A DNA stretch of 64,000 nucleotides, taken from positions 21,018,001-21,082,000 of the forward strand of contig JBHGNT010000006.1 of the NCBI GenBank assembly GCA_043228905.1, in the 5' to 3' direction. The notes beneath the pieces were generated by a model. The model worked only from the letters and a program-made list of their open reading frames with translations. It searched no databases and was not told the DNA's origin. The position numbers and the translations under genes were made by a program. Each line of letters begins with the position of its first letter. The first letter of the stretch is position 1. Positions 61,905-64,000 of this stretch are shown one piece after another. The DNA is from Azolla caroliniana (Eukaryota > Plantae > Polypodiophyta).

Positions 61905-62680
61905 TACTCTACAAATTTGGGATGACTGAGTGCAAACCTGTGTCGACCCCTCTCGATCAAAATCTCAAGGTTGATGTCGATTCGGGAACAAAAGATTGTG
62001 AGCCGATTCAGTATTGTCAACTGATTGGTAATCATCCTGTATGTGGATGATTTGGTTATCGGAGGAAAGAATCTAACCGACATTAACAAGGTAAAATCGA
62101 TTCTATCCGGCAGATTCAGAATGAAAGATATGCATGAGCTCCATTACTTCCTCGGTATCGAAGTAATTTGGACAACATCCAGGATATTGATCTCTCAACG
62201 ACACTACATTCTCAAATTACTCTACAAATTTGGGATGACTAAGTGCAAACCTATGTCGATCCCTCTTGATCAAAATCTCAAGGTTGATGCCGATTCGGGA
62301 ACAAAAGATTGTGAGCCGATTCAATATTGTCAATTGATTGGTAGCTTAATCTATCTAACCATCACCCAACCCGATCTTAGCTACTCCGCCAGTCTACTTA
62401 GCTAATTTATGCAAAAACCTAGAGACACACATCTCGATTGCACTAAGAGGGTACTCTGGTACATCTATGGGACAATGGATTTCAGCATCCTATACAAATC
62501 GAACACAATCATTTGGCTCGAAGGGTACATTGATGCAGACTGGGCCGGTTTCAAAGCTGATCTATGATGCACATCTAGATTCGTCTTCTCCCTCGGTCGC
62601 GGAGCAATCTCCTAGAGCAGCAAAAAGTAGCTGACAGTCGCACTGTTGAGCACAGAGGCCGAATATAGGGGCACGACAGT
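61905..62680 (+). pseudogene. Copia RT/RNase H fragment with an internal duplication
   Basis: LYVDDLVI, MKDMHELHYFLGIEV, GSLIYLT; 61908-62030 repeats 62221-62343. Confidence 0.85.
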
Positions 62681-62699
62681 CAAACTCTTGACATGACCA

Positions 62700-64000
62700 T
62701 GTTATAATCAAGTGATATGTGTTAACCAACATATCTAGTATACAATCATGTGTGTAATTGGTCCTTGTAGTTTTTAGCTAGCATCATGTGCATAGTTGCT
62801 CCCTTGTATTAGTTACACTTGGCACATGCATGCGTACCTACATGCTCTATTGTATCACATGCGTGCAATAGGTATGCATGCCACTTAGTATAAATAGTTG
62901 AGTTCACCTTGAAGGAATTCAAGGTGAACAACACCAATTATGGAGTCTTTTAGTTAATATCACTTATCCATTTGGTTATCTTCTTTCTAGTCTCTTGAGC
63001 TTATGATCTATCCGTGACAATTTGTTCACCTTCCATCCTCATAGTCCTCCCTCTCATTAGTTGTAGCTATGTCCGACCCAACCATTGACTTAAGCCAAAT
63101 AATGATAGCCTTACAACAAATCCAGCTTGAAGATGTAGCTCTTCGGGATTCTTTACGAGAGCTTCAAGTAGGTGCCTCCCTATACTCATAGCCCGTGGAG
63201 CCTAGTCTCCCACCGCAACCTAGCCTAGAGCTTGATCTTCTACAAACATCTAACCTAGATTCTTCTCATTTTATTGAGCCTAAGGTTAGCTTCCTAGAAA
63301 TATTTGATGGAACGAGGTCACGTTTTCGGGGGTTCATCAACCAAATTTGTCTTATCATTCGGCTACAACCTCAACGGTATGCAGACTATCTTCGACAAGT
63401 CGGCCTTGTGGGCACCCTCCTCTCCGGTCTGGCCCAAGCTTGGTTTGCACCAATAGTAGAAACTTCTTCACCTCTATTGGAGGACTTTCCCGCCTTCCTC
63501 ACCGAGTTAGAGGCCACATTTGGAGAGACAGACCGGTAATGTACAACTCTCACCAAGTTTTATGCCCTTGAACAAGGTTCGTGTGCAGCATCTATCTATG
63601 CTTTAGAATTCTGACAACTAGCATGTGACGTCAACTGGGATGATCAAGCCTTAGTTTATCATTTTCGATGGGTCCTCCGGAGCAATGTCAAGAATCTTCT
63701 CTTGAACTTTCCTGAACCGACCTCATTATCCCAAACAATCTCACAAGCAGTCCATTGTGACAATGAACTTTTTGAATTTCTCCATGAAGAGTGCGGGACT
63801 TAGGGGACTCGTTCCCTTCCATGACACGCCCCGGTAGTACATCACCAAGTATCATTCCTGCCGGTTGCGTCATGCTCCCCTACTTTGGCTGATGCTCCAA
63901 TCCCCATGGAAATTGATCAAGCCCGATTTCGTCCATTGACCGATGCCGAATGACAACATCAGTGGACTAATGGCTTGCGCATGTATTGTGGTGCCTCGGG
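62700..64000 (+). mobile_element. 5' part of a degenerate chromovirus (LTR 62700-63019, gag pseudogene), truncated by window end
   Basis: TGTTATAA...CCGTGACA; gag remnant FDGTRSRFRGFINQ...VGLVGTLLSG...PMEID...CMYCG homologous to 2739-3908, with stops. Confidence 0.85.

Overview
Eukaryotic plant genomic DNA, most likely a non-seed land plant such as a fern or lycophyte (inferred from the retrotransposon lineages, not proven). A central island of three intron-containing genes (COG7 on +, an ankyrin-BTB/POZ gene on -, HEN1 on -) is flanked by transposons. On the left is a 12.6-kb Mutator-like element with long TIRs, a disabled transposase, a Ulp1-type protease and an extra ORF; a young, intact Tcn1/Tf1-like chromovirus has inserted into it. 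On the right are a near-intact non-chromovirus Gypsy element and a nest of decayed Copia and Gypsy elements. Main signals: (1) three different chromovirus LTRs whose primer-binding site is complementary to their own predicted transcript 5' end, with co-varying sequence (tRNA-independent self-priming); (2) a Gypsy LTR family carrying an antisense tRNA-like Pol III A/B-box module in U3, with 4-bp TSDs at ACGG and a tRNA-Trp PBS; (3) two candidate -1 frameshift signals (slippery site plus stem or pseudoknot), one placed after the protease; (4) three separate local duplications in HEN1. All coordinates were read by eye and no database searches were run.
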